A stretch of DNA of 59,061 nucleotides from Candidatus Ruthturnera sp. (GCA_030599095.1 JAUVOQ010000001.1:1-59061), one strand, 5' to 3'; shown: positions 1-10,590, counted from the first letter of the stretch. Translations and numbers: made by a program. The notes: generated by a model from the sequence alone, not told the origin.

Positions 1-237
1 AACTGGATAATCAAACCTCAACTTCCCACAAAGAAAATAAATCATATTGATAAAGTTATCAATATTTCTATAACCTCTAGCCCTTCTTTTCGCCCTCTGT
101 ATTTTGTTGTTAATACGCTCTAAAATAGCGTTGGTAATACGTATTTCAACAAATCTTCAATAAAAGCCTTAGCACTATGTTTATTTGGCATATCCCATAG
201 GTCGTTAAACAACAAGTTTTAGACGATAGGACTCACC
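1..237 (-). mobile_element. ISL3-family transposase 3' remnant, internally deleted
   Basis: Minus strand reads ITNAILERINNKIQRAKRRARGYRNIDNFINMIYFLCGKLRFDYP, a typical ISL3 C-terminus, fused out of frame to an upstream fragment (YRLK..FNDLWD). Confidence 0.8.
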
Positions 238-239
238 TA

Positions 240-508
240 ATGTGCCAAGGTGAATCAAGCCCTAATGTTAGGGTGACTATTTCTGCCGAGTTCATTGTTT
301 GTGTAAAAGTGTTTATTTTAAGGGTTGGGCGTGTCAATGGCACGATTAAGCATGCAATGGTTAAAGCCACTACTTATCAAAATATTGATGAGATGAAACA
401 GGCTTTAGAGTATTGGTATAATTTGAACCCTGATTTATTTATCAGAGAGCCCGATATGTTGCGGAAGTTGATTTTTGTGAATGGGGAACAATGTGGTGAA
501 ACCTGACA
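240..508 (+). mobile_element. IS481-like transposase remnant
   Basis: RVNGTIKHAMVKATTYQNIDEMKQAL resembles the integrase-core tail (ERxNxTIK); segment begins TGT and ends ACA. Confidence 0.55.
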
Positions 509-534
509 ATTATTCATAATAATGCAAAGGTCTC
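508..534. repeat. Single terminal repeat of MITE family A
   Basis: Reverse complement gagacctttgcattattatgaataatt matches 53014 (gagacctttgcatcattatgaataatc). Confidence 0.8.
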
Positions 535-546
535 ACCTTAATTAAC

Positions 547-1446
547 ATGATTAATTATACATTGAAACAACTATACAGTCTTGAGGCGGTAATACGCCTA
601 TCTAGTTTTACCAAAGCCAGCAAAGAACTTAATATTACGCAGCCTGCTGTGTATATGCAAATCCAACAATTACAAAAAAATATTGGTTCTGATTTGGTTA
701 ACATTAGAGGCAAAAGTATTCACCCTACTTTTATTGGAAAAAAACTATACCGAACCTGCTTGGAAGTGATTAACAAACTAGAGCAAACAAAATCTGATAT
801 TGAACAAACACTAGACCCTGACTCTGGGCATCTACACATTGTGGTTGCCACCACAACCAACTCGTTCATTAGCCATGTCTTGGCAAAATTTAAACAGCAA
901 TATCCAAAAATGACCTTCCACTTAGAAGTGACCAATCGTAAATTGCTACTTGAAAAACTGAGTAACAATGAAACCGATTTGGTTGTTATGGGAGAACCGC
1001 CATCAAACATGCCACTAATAACACAACCCTTTATGGAAAATCCGCTCATCGTTATTGCTCATCCCAAACACCCGCTACTTGCTAACAATCACAACAGCAT
1101 TAAGACACTTATGCGTGAAACTTTAATTACCCGTGAACAGGGCTCAGGCACACGTATTACTATTGAACGTATTACAGGCATGCAATTTAATTCAAATATT
1201 GAAATTAACTCCAACGAAGCAACCATTAAAGCGGTTCAAGCGGGGCTAGGTATCGGCTTTGTCTCTAAGCATACGGTTAAGTTAGAATTACAAAATGGTG
1301 TAATTAGACAACTTAATGTTGAAAAATTTCCCATTACTCGTCATTGGCATGTGGTGCACAATAATAAACTCTCACCCATTGCCGAACGTTTTAAAGCATT
1401 CATTATTGAAAGTAGTGGAAATCTTTGCATCATTATGGATGATTAA
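547..1446 (+). CDS. cbbR: LysR-type regulator, CbbR-like
   Basis: LysR HTH (FTKASKELNITQPAV), NPLIVIAHPKHPL, REQGSGTR, SNEATIKAVQAGLGI; last residues come from a MITE. Confidence 0.75.
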   Translation: MINYTLKQLYSLEAVIRLSSFTKASKELNITQPAVYMQIQQLQKNIGSDLVNIRGKSIHPTFIGKKLYRTCLEVINKLEQTKSDIEQTLDPDSGHLHIVVATTTNSFISHVLAKFKQQYPKMTFHLEVTNRKLLLEKLSNNETDLVVMGEPPSNMPLITQPFMENPLIVIAHPKHPLLANNHNSIKTLMRETLITREQGSGTRITIERITGMQFNSNIEINSNEATIKAVQAGLGIGFVSKHTVKLELQNGVIRQLNVEKFPITRHWHVVHNNKLSPIAERFKAFIIESSGNLCIIMDD

Positions 1447-1492
1447 CAAAATGACAAATTTTAGTGATGATTCATAATGATACAAAGACCCC
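1418..1492. mobile_element. MITE family A, degenerate 75-bp copy
   Basis: gaaatctttgcatcattatg...cataatgatacaaagacccc; same length as the copy at 42966-43040. Confidence 0.8.
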
Positions 1493-1495
1493 TAG

Positions 1496-2254
1496 TTAAA
1501 ATAATAACTTTTTAAATAAAAATACAATCGCCATTAAAATAATAAGACCTAGTATTTTTTCCATGGCTTTTGGACTGAGCTTAAATGAACCCATATAAGA
1601 GCCCAAAAAGCCACCAATAATAACCGCTGTAATAAGTGGCATATACTGTGTTAAATCAATTGAGTTGTATTGCAAGCGTGAAACAAGTCCAGAAAATGAC
1701 ACGCTCCAAACAAAGATTGCAGCTGTTGCCGCCGCCTCTTTGGGAGAGCCGATTCTAAACATAATAATAATGGGGATTAAATATATGCCACCACCTATAC
1801 CAACAATACCTGCAACCAATCCAAGTATTGAGCCAAAAATAAGGGAAATGATGATTTTTTTCTGACGGTTTAAATCTAGTCTAAAGCCAGCATCTTTCCA
1901 AAAATAAATACGCACAGCCACCACAATAAGTGACATTAATAATACCCATAAAAACACAGTTTTTGATAAGTGCAATGCGCCACCTAGATAGGCAAAAGGT
2001 ACGGCAGATATCAAAAATGGCAAAATAATGGACAATTTACCATGTTTATTGCGTAAAAAATTATAACCACCCAATGTGCTAACAAACAAATTAAGCGATA
2101 AAGACATCATAGGAACAACCAATGTGCCCATGCCAACAATCGCCATCAGCGCTGTATAAGACGAACCGCCGCCTAAGCCCACAGACGAGTACACAAACGC
2201 CACAATAAAAAATATCAGCGGTAAAACAAACTCAAAATAAGGGATTAATTCCAT
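1496..2254 (-). CDS. Sulfite exporter TauE/SafE family membrane protein
   Basis: Repeated GLGGG / GIGGG motifs; multi-TM; 252 aa. Confidence 0.85.
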   Translation of the reverse strand: MELIPYFEFVLPLIFFIVAFVYSSVGLGGGSSYTALMAIVGMGTLVVPMMSLSLNLFVSTLGGYNFLRNKHGKLSIILPFLISAVPFAYLGGALHLSKTVFLWVLLMSLIVVAVRIYFWKDAGFRLDLNRQKKIIISLIFGSILGLVAGIVGIGGGIYLIPIIIMFRIGSPKEAAATAAIFVWSVSFSGLVSRLQYNSIDLTQYMPLITAVIIGGFLGSYMGSFKLSPKAMEKILGLIILMAIVFLFKKLLF

Positions 2255-2257
2255 TAG

Positions 2258-2435
2258 GATGCCGCTACATTAACCCAGTACAACTTAGGGCGTGCATTTT
2301 TCATCCAAAAATGAGGAGAATAACCAGTTATTTGCCCTCCTAGAGGGTTGTTGTGTATCAATTGATGAGTTTTTGGGTGGAAAAGGTGTTGTTTTATGTG
2401 TTTCATAAGTCATGATGGATTAATGCAGTGGTCTT
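2258..2435. mobile_element. MITE family B (gagaccactgcat ends), ATTAG target duplication
   Basis: Inverted homologue of 46431-46629; ATTAG at 2253-2257 and 2436-2440. Confidence 0.85.
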
Positions 2436-2488
2436 ATTAGTGACTATTTTACGAAATAAGACCAATCGCTATCAATTTCAATTAACTG

Positions 2489-3346
2489 CTAAGAAAACAC
2501 AATGGTTTTATTATGGCACGTTAATACTCGATCTTGCAAATGGTATTGCAAGCCTTTTGCTAGTGTAATTTTCTCAATATCTTGTCCCATTTTTTTCATA
2601 TCATCAGCACTATCACCATGATTTACTCTAGTAACATCTTGTTCAATAATCGGACCCTCATCTAACACACTAGTCACGTAATGACAAGTTGCACCAATTA
2701 ATTTAACACCACGTTGCGCAGCACGCGAGTATGGATTTGCACCTGCAAATGATGGCAAGAAACTATGATGAATATTAATAACTTTATTTTTGTATTGATT
2801 ACACAGATCTTTAGGAAGAATTTGCATATAGCGCGCTAAAACAATCACATCGGGATTGAATGTATTCACCGCTTTACTCATTTTGGCAATATCATCATTT
2901 TTAGTTGCTTGATGAATGCTTACTTGTTTAAATGGCACATCATACCAACTGGCTAATTTGGAAAGCTTGCTATGGTTTGAAAGCACGCCAATAACTTCAC
3001 CCTCCAACTCAGACTCGTGTCCACGATGCAATAAATCTGCCACACAGTGAGAGGCATTAGAACCCATAATTAATACTCTTTTTAATTGGGCTATATTACT
3101 TAATCGCCAAACCATGTTGTATTGATTGGCAACCAAGGTAAAGGCATTTTTAAATTCACTTAATGAACAAGACAAAGGGCTTGATTCAATTTCAATACGC
3201 ATAAAAAAATGTTGATTTTGTTCATCAAGATAGTGGTGGGCCTCCTTAATATTGCCCTGATACTTAAAAATAAATTGACTGACCACAGCCACTAAACCAT
3301 GCGCATCTGGACATGAAATTAAAAGTCTATAAACATCCATAATCAT
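2489..3346 (-). CDS. purU: Formyltetrahydrofolate deformylase
   Basis: ACT domain (LISCPD..GLVA), VLARYMQIL, INIHHSFLPSF, GVKLIGATCHYVT..LDEGPIIEQ; start moved out of the MITE. Confidence 0.95.
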   Translation of the reverse strand: MIMDVYRLLISCPDAHGLVAVVSQFIFKYQGNIKEAHHYLDEQNQHFFMRIEIESSPLSCSLSEFKNAFTLVANQYNMVWRLSNIAQLKRVLIMGSNASHCVADLLHRGHESELEGEVIGVLSNHSKLSKLASWYDVPFKQVSIHQATKNDDIAKMSKAVNTFNPDVIVLARYMQILPKDLCNQYKNKVINIHHSFLPSFAGANPYSRAAQRGVKLIGATCHYVTSVLDEGPIIEQDVTRVNHGDSADDMKKMGQDIEKITLAKGLQYHLQDRVLTCHNKTIVFS

Positions 3347-3350
3347 TAAG

Positions 3351-3445
3351 AACACCTCCAAAAACCCCAGTGCGATTTAGGGCGTGCAGAAAATAGTGCT
3401 GTTCTATGTATTTCATAAATTGTGTTGAGGTTTCTTGGAGATCCC
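3351..3445. mobile_element. MITE with family B core and different ends, TAAG duplication
   Basis: Ends aacacctccaaaaacc / ggtttcttggagatccc; core ccagtgcgatttagggcgtgc..aaaatagt..tttcataa shared with 2258 and 46431. Confidence 0.7.
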
Positions 3446-3509
3446 TAAGTGTTTAGTCCCCGACAATGATACACAGGATTTTGTAAAAGGTTGCAATACC
3501 ACAAATCAT

Positions 3510-3920
3510 TTACAAAAGGATAAATGATGGGACAAGTACGACACAAGCGTGCCACTGTTTTGAGATTGCCACAACAACAGCACTCACCAACCTTAAACAA
3601 GAATCTTCATTGGCAAATATTTTAGCCACTTTTGTTCTTTGTTTAACGCTTTGATTGAGCCGTTCAATCCCATGGCTTGTTCTTAGACTTTTCCAAGCAA
3701 TGGGGATAAAAAGAACCATGACGGGTTGTGGCACAGACAAATCTAAGTCACCAATGCGAGTTTTAACACGCTTAGGTTTGTAACCATTAGCATCATCCAA
3801 TCTATCACTGCTGCATTGATAATACCCACAGATTTTCATGGGGAGAATCAGGTTTGGTTCACTCAGCCGAGTATTGGCGCTTTTAACAAGTCAACAATTG
3901 CCATTCACGATTTTTTAGGC
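3510..3920 (-). mobile_element. IS256-family transposase remnant
   Basis: ANGYKPKRVKTRIGDLDLSVPQ (N-part) joined to LRTSHGIERLNQSVKQRTKVAKIFANEDSCLRLV (C-part). Confidence 0.85.
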
Positions 3921-3978
3921 ATTGCTTGGCATGATTTAATTCATTAAAAAAATAAAGAGTTTTGAGACGCCACGATAC

Positions 3979-4875
3979 TTACAAAGCAACCGATAGCGCA
4001 ATGCCTACAAAAATGACCATACCTACATAATTATTATGTAAAAAGCTGTGAAAACAGGCGCTTTTCTTGCGATTACTAATGAGATATTGATGATAAACCA
4101 TTAGCAGTGCGACCAAGATTAATGAAAGGTCATAAAGAATGGTCAGGTTGAAAACATCTGACATTTTTATTAAAATTAATAATAATCCAATTTGCAAAAT
4201 TCCGATGATTAATCGGTCAAATTTGGCAAATAAAATAGCCGTTGATTTAACCCCAATCTGTAAATCTTCTTCTCGGTCAGCCATGGCGTACATCGTGTCA
4301 TAAATTACCGTCCAAATTACCGTTGCTGTGAATACATGCCAAGCAGTAGTTGGCACGGTATTAAGGGTTGCCGAAAAAGCCATTGGCACACTCATGGCAA
4401 ATGCCAAGCCTAGCACAAACTGTGGCAAGTGAGTCCAGCGCTTGGTAAATGGATACACGATTGCTAATAGTAGCGCAATCATCGCAAGTTGAATGGTCAG
4501 CCAATTGGTTAATAGCACCAATGAAAATGCCAGTACAATTAACAATGAAAATAATTTAAGGGCAGCTTTATGATGAATATCGCCCGAAGTAATGGGTCTA
4601 TGTTGAGTACGTTTGATAAATTTATCAATATCTCTATCCGCATAATCATTAATCACACAGCCTGCTGAACGCATTAACACAACACCCAAGCTAAAAATAA
4701 CCAGCAATTTAATATCTGGAAAGCCACCTTTTGCTAAAAACAACGCCCACAATGTTGGCCATAATAATAAATAAATACCAATGGGTTTATCCAAGCGCAT
4801 CAAGCGCAAATACACCCCTAAGGAAGTAGTCTTGGGGTGTGCATTGAAGGAAGTACTCTTGGGCTGTGGATTCAT
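3979..4875 (-). CDS. ubiA: 4-hydroxybenzoate octaprenyltransferase
   Basis: LMRLDKPIG, RSAGCVINDYADRDID, YDTMYAMADREEDLQIGVKSTA. Confidence 0.95.
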   Translation of the reverse strand: MNPQPKSTSFNAHPKTTSLGVYLRLMRLDKPIGIYLLLWPTLWALFLAKGGFPDIKLLVIFSLGVVLMRSAGCVINDYADRDIDKFIKRTQHRPITSGDIHHKAALKLFSLLIVLAFSLVLLTNWLTIQLAMIALLLAIVYPFTKRWTHLPQFVLGLAFAMSVPMAFSATLNTVPTTAWHVFTATVIWTVIYDTMYAMADREEDLQIGVKSTAILFAKFDRLIIGILQIGLLLILIKMSDVFNLTILYDLSLILVALLMVYHQYLISNRKKSACFHSFLHNNYVGMVIFVGIALSVAL

Positions 4876-5783
4876 AGTTTGGCTAAAAATTCTTCCAGTT
4901 CAATGGGCAAAGGTGCGCTAACTTTTTGAATATCATTCGTTAATGGATTGGTAAAAATAAGCTGATGTGCGTGCAGGAATAATCTTTTTAAACCTTTGAA
5001 TTTGACTTGTCTGTCGAATTCTTTGTCCCCATATTTGTCATCACAAGCCAGCGCATGTCCAGCATACTTTGCGTGCACGCGGATTTGGTGAGTGCGTCCA
5101 GTTTCAATGCTAATCTCAACCAATGAAGCAGAAAAATCCCCAGTACTAAAATTTTTAAGTGGTTGAAAATGACTCACTGCATATTTACCCTTAGTATCCA
5201 CCACAACGTATCTTGAGTTTTGATAAAGTGGCACGTCAATAGTATGGCGCTTTTTTGACCACACCCCTTTAACCAAGGCTGTATAGCGTTTTTCCACGGT
5301 GTGCTGGCTTAACTGTTCGTGCAGGTTTTTTAGCACGCTACGCCTCTTAGCAATTAAAAGCACCCCAGAAGTGGCGCGATCTAATCGGTGTACCAATTCA
5401 ATGGGCTCTTTATACATTTGTCTGAGCGCTTCAATAACGCCGACATCAACCCCAGAACCACTATGCACTGCCAAGCCACTTGGTTTGTTGATAATAAGCA
5501 AACCCTTGTCCTCATACAACTTAGCATTGATTAATAATTTCTTTAAGCTGTCTGAGGTATATACAGACTTAGTGACAGACACTTTAATCGGTGGAATACG
5601 CACAACATCATCCAAAATGAGTTTATAGTCTGCCTTTTTTCTGCCTTTATTAACACGCACCTCGCCTTTGCGAATGACCCGATAGATATGTGATTTGGGA
5701 ACACCTTTAAGTGTTTTGAGCAAATAATTATCCAAGCGTTGACCTTCTGAAAATTCATCAACGGTTTGAAAACTTACGCTCAT
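4872..5783 (-). CDS. rluC: 23S rRNA pseudouridine synthase RluC
   Basis: S4 domain GQRLDNYL; HRLDRATSG; TGRTHQIRVH. Confidence 0.9.
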   Translation of the reverse strand: MSVSFQTVDEFSEGQRLDNYLLKTLKGVPKSHIYRVIRKGEVRVNKGRKKADYKLILDDVVRIPPIKVSVTKSVYTSDSLKKLLINAKLYEDKGLLIINKPSGLAVHSGSGVDVGVIEALRQMYKEPIELVHRLDRATSGVLLIAKRRSVLKNLHEQLSQHTVEKRYTALVKGVWSKKRHTIDVPLYQNSRYVVVDTKGKYAVSHFQPLKNFSTGDFSASLVEISIETGRTHQIRVHAKYAGHALACDDKYGDKEFDRQVKFKGLKRLFLHAHQLIFTNPLTNDIQKVSAPLPIELEEFLAKL

Positions 5784-6550
5784 GCTAAGAAAAGCTGTTC
5801 AAAATTACTTGTGGTTGTGCTGGCGATATCATTAATACTCACACTGCGAATTTCAGCTAACTTTTCAGCAACATAATAGCTATAAGCTGGCGAATTAGAC
5901 TTGCCTCTATAAGGTGCAGGCGTTAAATAGGGTGAATCAGTCTCAACTAACAATCTATCGCTAGGTACTTTTTTTGCTACTTCACGCAAATTTTCAGCAT
6001 TTTTAAAGGTAATAATGCCAGAAAAAGAAATATAAAAACCTAAATCCAGTGCTGCCTTGGCAGTTTCCCAGTCTTCAGAAAAACAATGCATGACACCTTG
6101 TTCGGCTTTTTCAGCTTGCATAATTGCAATGGTGTCTTTTTTGGCATTGCGTGTGTGAATAATCATCGGTTTACCTGATTGGTTTGAGGCTTTAATATGT
6201 CGCCGAAAACGATCTCGCTGCCAGTCAGCCATTACTTTTTCAACATGAAAATAATCCAAACCAGTTTCACCAATGGCAATGATTTTGTCATGCTTTGTCA
6301 AGGTCAATAATTCCTCCACGCTTGGATCTTTGCCCTCTAGTTCACAAGGGTGCACACCAACTGAAGCATAAATTTGTGGGTATTTTTTTGCCAAAGAAAA
6401 TACATCATCAAAGTGTTCTAAATCAATACAAATACATAAGAACTCTTCAACTGACAATGTCTTAGCGTGCGCTAACAAGCTTTCCATACTGCCACCAAAG
6501 GACGATAAATCTACTCTATCAAGATGACAATGCGAGTCAATAATTTTCAT
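5780..6550 (-). CDS. tatD: TatD family hydrolase
   Basis: DSHCHL, GETGLDY, HCF, ETDSPYL. Confidence 0.92.
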   Translation of the reverse strand: MKIIDSHCHLDRVDLSSFGGSMESLLAHAKTLSVEEFLCICIDLEHFDDVFSLAKKYPQIYASVGVHPCELEGKDPSVEELLTLTKHDKIIAIGETGLDYFHVEKVMADWQRDRFRRHIKASNQSGKPMIIHTRNAKKDTIAIMQAEKAEQGVMHCFSEDWETAKAALDLGFYISFSGIITFKNAENLREVAKKVPSDRLLVETDSPYLTPAPYRGKSNSPAYSYYVAEKLAEIRSVSINDIASTTTSNFEQLFLA

Positions 6551-6671
6551 AAACTAGTTTCCAGAAAACAATGTATTTATTCTGCCTTTAATATTTTCAT
6601 ACACTGAAGACAGTTTATCCTTTGCTGGCTGCGTTAACCTTGCTGTATGTGCAACTGTGTTCCTCATAGGC

Positions 6672-7149
6672 TTATATGTTTAACCCCACACAAATACCCA
6701 CACGGACTGCCTAAAAATAGACTGGGTGTCTTCTTATACTCGCTTAAAATTTTATCATAAGGAGATTTAAACTTTAAACACTTTAATTTCTTCTCAAAAT
6801 TATAATCATTCAAAAACTTTGCAAAAGGCTCAGAATACTCATCAATGTTTTTATAATGAAACAATTTAAACGTTGCTGATTTAACAATGTGGTTCATTTT
6901 TTCCACTGGTCCATGAGTCCAAGGATGGGCAAATTTGGTTCCTCTGTGTTCGGTGTTGTGTTACGCACAAAGTAATATCAAATGAATGAACATTGTCTGG
7001 CTTTAGTGCCGCTTGCAAAGTGCTATAACTAAACTGTAAGCCATTGCCCATTAACTGGTCTTCAATGCTATTACGATTTTTCCATTTCTTAGCGGTGGTC
7101 CAGTCAATGTTGAATTTTCTGGCAATGGCTTTAATATCTCCTTGGTGTG
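6672..7149 (-). mobile_element. IS481-family transposase remnant
   Basis: HTH fragment (KAIARKFNIDWTTAKKWKNR), NGLQF, HPWT, and tail EKMNHIVKSATFKLFHY...YNFEKKLKCLKFKSPY; frameshifted and deleted. Confidence 0.8.
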
Positions 7150-8400
7150 CTAATTACCTCTAAGCTGTTCTAATTTATCCCTGATTTTAATCTCTAAACC
7201 CCTATCAACAGGCTGATAATAAACTTGCTCACCCAATGCTTCAGGGAAGTAGGTTTGCCCTTTGGCAATACCGTTTATCTCATCATGTGCATAGCGATAT
7301 GCCTTGCCATAGCCCAGCTCATCCATGAGTTGAGTTGGTGCATTACACAAATGTTTTGGCACGGGCAAATCCCCTGTTTCTTTAGCCTCAGCCATTGCTT
7401 GATTAAATGCTTTATACACCGCATTAGATTTTGGCGCAACTGCACAATACACCGCCGCTTGAGCAATTGCCCGATTGCCTTCTTTAGCGCCCATGCGCAC
7501 AAATACATCCCAAGCATTAAGCGTAATTTCAAGCGCTCTAGGGTCAGCATTGCCAATGTCTTCTGAGGCAATTGCCAACAAACGTCTGGCAATCGTTTTT
7601 GCATTACACCCAGCAACCAGCATTCTTGCCATCCAATACAAGGCCCCATCAGGAGACGAGCCACGCACTGATTTATGAAAAGCAGATAATTGTTGATAAA
7701 AAATATCGCCACCTTTATCAAAAATGCTGATTTTATCTTGCAATAACTGATTGAGGGGTTCAGCATTTAATGGGGTTAGTCCTGACAAAGAAATTTGCTC
7801 TACAATATTAATCAATCGACGTGCATCGCCATTACTTGCACGAATTATTTGCATTCTAAGCGCCTTGTCTGGCAAAGTTAATGACTCATGCTTGAACGCT
7901 CTTTGTAATATTTGATCAAGTTCCTGAGCATTTAACTCATTTAGTGTATAAACGCTTAAACGTGAAAGTAGTGCTTGATTAATTTCAAAAGAAGGATTTT
8001 CAGTCGTTGCACCAATCAACACCAATAAGCCCGATTCAATATGTGGCAAAAACCCATCTTGCTGGGCTTTATTAAAACGATGAATTTCATCCACAAATAG
8101 TAGCGTTTGCTTATCAATTTTCTGGAATTTTTTAGCATTTTCAACCACCGCTCGTAATTCTTTCACCCCATCTAATACAGCACTTAACTGCTCAAAATGT
8201 CCTTTGACTTGACTGGCAATAATCCTTGCTAAAGTGGTTTTACCTGTACCTGATGGTCCCCATAAAATCATTGAGTGCAAGCGATGGCTATCAATCGCTT
8301 GGCGAAATGGATGCTGGGTATTTAACAGATGTGATTGACCAAAAAAATCATCTAGGCTTTTGGGTCTTAATGTTTCAGCAAGTGGTCTATGGTTAGGCAT
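7150..8400 (-). CDS. rarA: Replication-associated recombination protein A
   Basis: [47 protein letters not shown]. Confidence 0.95.
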   Translation of the reverse strand: MPNHRPLAETLRPKSLDDFFGQSHLLNTQHPFRQAIDSHRLHSMILWGPSGTGKTTLARIIASQVKGHFEQLSAVLDGVKELRAVVENAKKFQKIDKQTLLFVDEIHRFNKAQQDGFLPHIESGLLVLIGATTENPSFEINQALLSRLSVYTLNELNAQELDQILQRAFKHESLTLPDKALRMQIIRASNGDARRLINIVEQISLSGLTPLNAEPLNQLLQDKISIFDKGGDIFYQQLSAFHKSVRGSSPDGALYWMARMLVAGCNAKTIARRLLAIASEDIGNADPRALEITLNAWDVFVRMGAKEGNRAIAQAAVYCAVAPKSNAVYKAFNQAMAEAKETGDLPVPKHLCNAPTQLMDELGYGKAYRYAHDEINGIAKGQTYFPEALGEQVYYQPVDRGLEIKIRDKLEQLRGN

Positions 8401-8466
8401 GTTTTTATTTTAATCAATTACAAAATAAACACTGACAACTTTCAGTGTAAATACTCAAACTTTGTT

Positions 8467-9393
8467 TCAACGAATTTTCAGTACTTTAAAATCGTGTTGC
8501 TGGTTCAAAATAAGCACCACTGATAGGTTAAGTTGTTGTGCCAATATTTTAGCCTTTTGACTGCCCATTGCCATCATCGCAGTTGCATAAGCATCCGCCA
8601 TCATGGCGCTGTTGTGAATCACACTAACAGAACTTAGGTCGGTATTGGCAGGCAAGCCCGTGTTGGGATTTAAAATGTGTTGATATTTTTTGCCTTGCCA
8701 TTTGAGATAATTGCGATAATCCCCTGAGGTAGCAATGGCTTGATTTTGCAATTCAACAGCAATCGGCACGTCATGATTTGGCTTTTCAATACCAATTCTC
8801 CACTGACTTTGAGCCATCACCTCACCACCAATTTCCACCATAAAATCTTTAAACCCCTGCTTGATTAGCATATTTGCCACTACGTCCACGCCATAGCCCT
8901 TAGCAATGGCAGATAAATTAATATGAATATCTTTAAGTTTTTTAACTCGTGAATGACTTAAACGTAAATACTCAATAGATGAGATTGCCAGTGCTTGAGC
9001 CATCTTCTGCCGACTGGGTTCTGCACCTACCCTAACAGCACCAAACCCCCAAATATCAATTAAGCGACCCATACCAGCATCAAAAAAACCTTGTGTTTGT
9101 TGATGTATTTTTTTTGCCTGACTTAAAACAAAAAACAACGAATCCGATACTTCTACCCATTGATTAATTGGTGCTTTGTTCAACTGTGAGAGTTCAGAAG
9201 TTTCATTCCAAGTGGAAAATACCTGCTCAATTTCATCAAGACGTTTATCAATGATTGGTTTTAAAACATGGTTATTATTGATTTTGATACTATAACTAGT
9301 ACCCATTGTAGTGCCAATGATGGTTTGTGTTGTTTCATCAACACTGCAAGCACTTAAAAACAAAAAGATAAAAATGATCAACAATTTTGGCAT
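8467..9393 (-). CDS. apbE: FAD:protein FMN transferase (lipoprotein)
   Basis: Lipobox LSAC, TMGT, AIAKGYGVD, VEIGGE, ATSGDYR, ADAYAT. Confidence 0.92.
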   Translation of the reverse strand: MPKLLIIFIFLFLSACSVDETTQTIIGTTMGTSYSIKINNNHVLKPIIDKRLDEIEQVFSTWNETSELSQLNKAPINQWVEVSDSLFFVLSQAKKIHQQTQGFFDAGMGRLIDIWGFGAVRVGAEPSRQKMAQALAISSIEYLRLSHSRVKKLKDIHINLSAIAKGYGVDVVANMLIKQGFKDFMVEIGGEVMAQSQWRIGIEKPNHDVPIAVELQNQAIATSGDYRNYLKWQGKKYQHILNPNTGLPANTDLSSVSVIHNSAMMADAYATAMMAMGSQKAKILAQQLNLSVVLILNQQHDFKVLKIR

Positions 9394-9405
9394 TATAATT
9401 TTGGC

Positions 9406-10590
9406 ATGTTAATATTTATTTTTTGTTTGCTACTAACATTCTTTGTATATGCAGATGATACCCAAGGCTCATCCAACACGCATAGTTTTACACAATTCTT
9501 AAGCGATATTCGCTCGCAAGCTACAAAATTAGGCATTTCACAAGCCACACTCAATGGTGCTTTTAATGATTTAACACCAAACCCAAAAGTATTAGAGCAT
9601 GACCGCAATCAAGCGGAATTTAACCTTAATTTTTGGCATTACCTAAACTCAAGAGTGAGTCAAAATAGGCGTGATAAAGGCGTGATAAAACTTCAACAAT
9701 ACCAACAATTCCTACAAGAAAATTATAAAAAATACGGCGTGCCATCACAAATTATTGTGGCTTTTTGGGGCTTGGAGACTAATTATGGCAAAGATGTTGG
9801 CAAAATGAATCTAATTCGCTCGCTTGCCACACTAAGTTTTGACAAACGCCGAAGTCAATTTTTTGCCCGTGAATTGTTGACTTTACTCAAATTGATTGAC
9901 GAGAAAAAACTGCCTTTAAATGCCCAAGGCTCTTGGGCAGGCGCCATGGGAAACATGCAATTTATGCCCACCAATGTCGCTGCTTACGCCATAGATGCTA
10001 ACATTGATGGAAAGATTGATTTGTGGCACACACAAGCAGATATTTTTGCCAGTGCGGCACATTTTCTAAAAAAAATTGGTTGGCATTCAGGTGAACGCTG
10101 GGGGCGCGAGGTTAAAATCCCTAAAACTTTTGACCACCAACTGGCAAATTTAAACACCAAAAAAACGGTCAATGAATGGCAGGTATTAGGCGTACGCACA
10201 GTTAGTAACAAGAATTTGCCCAATTCAAACATGCAAGCCTCGCTGATATTGCCAATGGGTTATAGCGGTCCAGCGTTTTTAGTTTATCGTAATTTTCGTG
10301 CCATTCTTAGGTGGAATCGTTCCATTTTGTATGCACTGTCTGTGGGGCATTTGTCTGATCGTTTAATCGGTGCAAATCAATTATTTGCAAAATCTATTGC
10401 CGAACCTTCACTGAGTAGCAACGACATTAAACAGATTCAAACCACACTTAATCAGCTTGGCTTTGATACAGGTGAGCCTGATGGCGTATCAGGGCCCAAA
10501 ACCCGCCATGCAACACGAGCCTACCAAAAAACAAACAACTTACCAATTGATGGCTACGTTGGCTATCAATTATTGCAACAACTTCAGTGA
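9406..10590 (+). CDS. Lytic murein transglycosylase (MltB/Slt35 family) with PG-binding domain
   Basis: WGLETNYG, GSWAGAMGNMQFMPT, C-terminal PDGVSGPKT...DG. Confidence 0.9.
   Translation: MLIFIFCLLLTFFVYADDTQGSSNTHSFTQFLSDIRSQATKLGISQATLNGAFNDLTPNPKVLEHDRNQAEFNLNFWHYLNSRVSQNRRDKGVIKLQQYQQFLQENYKKYGVPSQIIVAFWGLETNYGKDVGKMNLIRSLATLSFDKRRSQFFARELLTLLKLIDEKKLPLNAQGSWAGAMGNMQFMPTNVAAYAIDANIDGKIDLWHTQADIFASAAHFLKKIGWHSGERWGREVKIPKTFDHQLANLNTKKTVNEWQVLGVRTVSNKNLPNSNMQASLILPMGYSGPAFLVYRNFRAILRWNRSILYALSVGHLSDRLIGANQLFAKSIAEPSLSSNDIKQIQTTLNQLGFDTGEPDGVSGPKTRHATRAYQKTNNLPIDGYVGYQLLQQLQ

Noticed and set aside
6553-6663. Gene fragment upstream of tatD
   Set aside because: Short open frame cut by the IS remnant; no recognisable motif.
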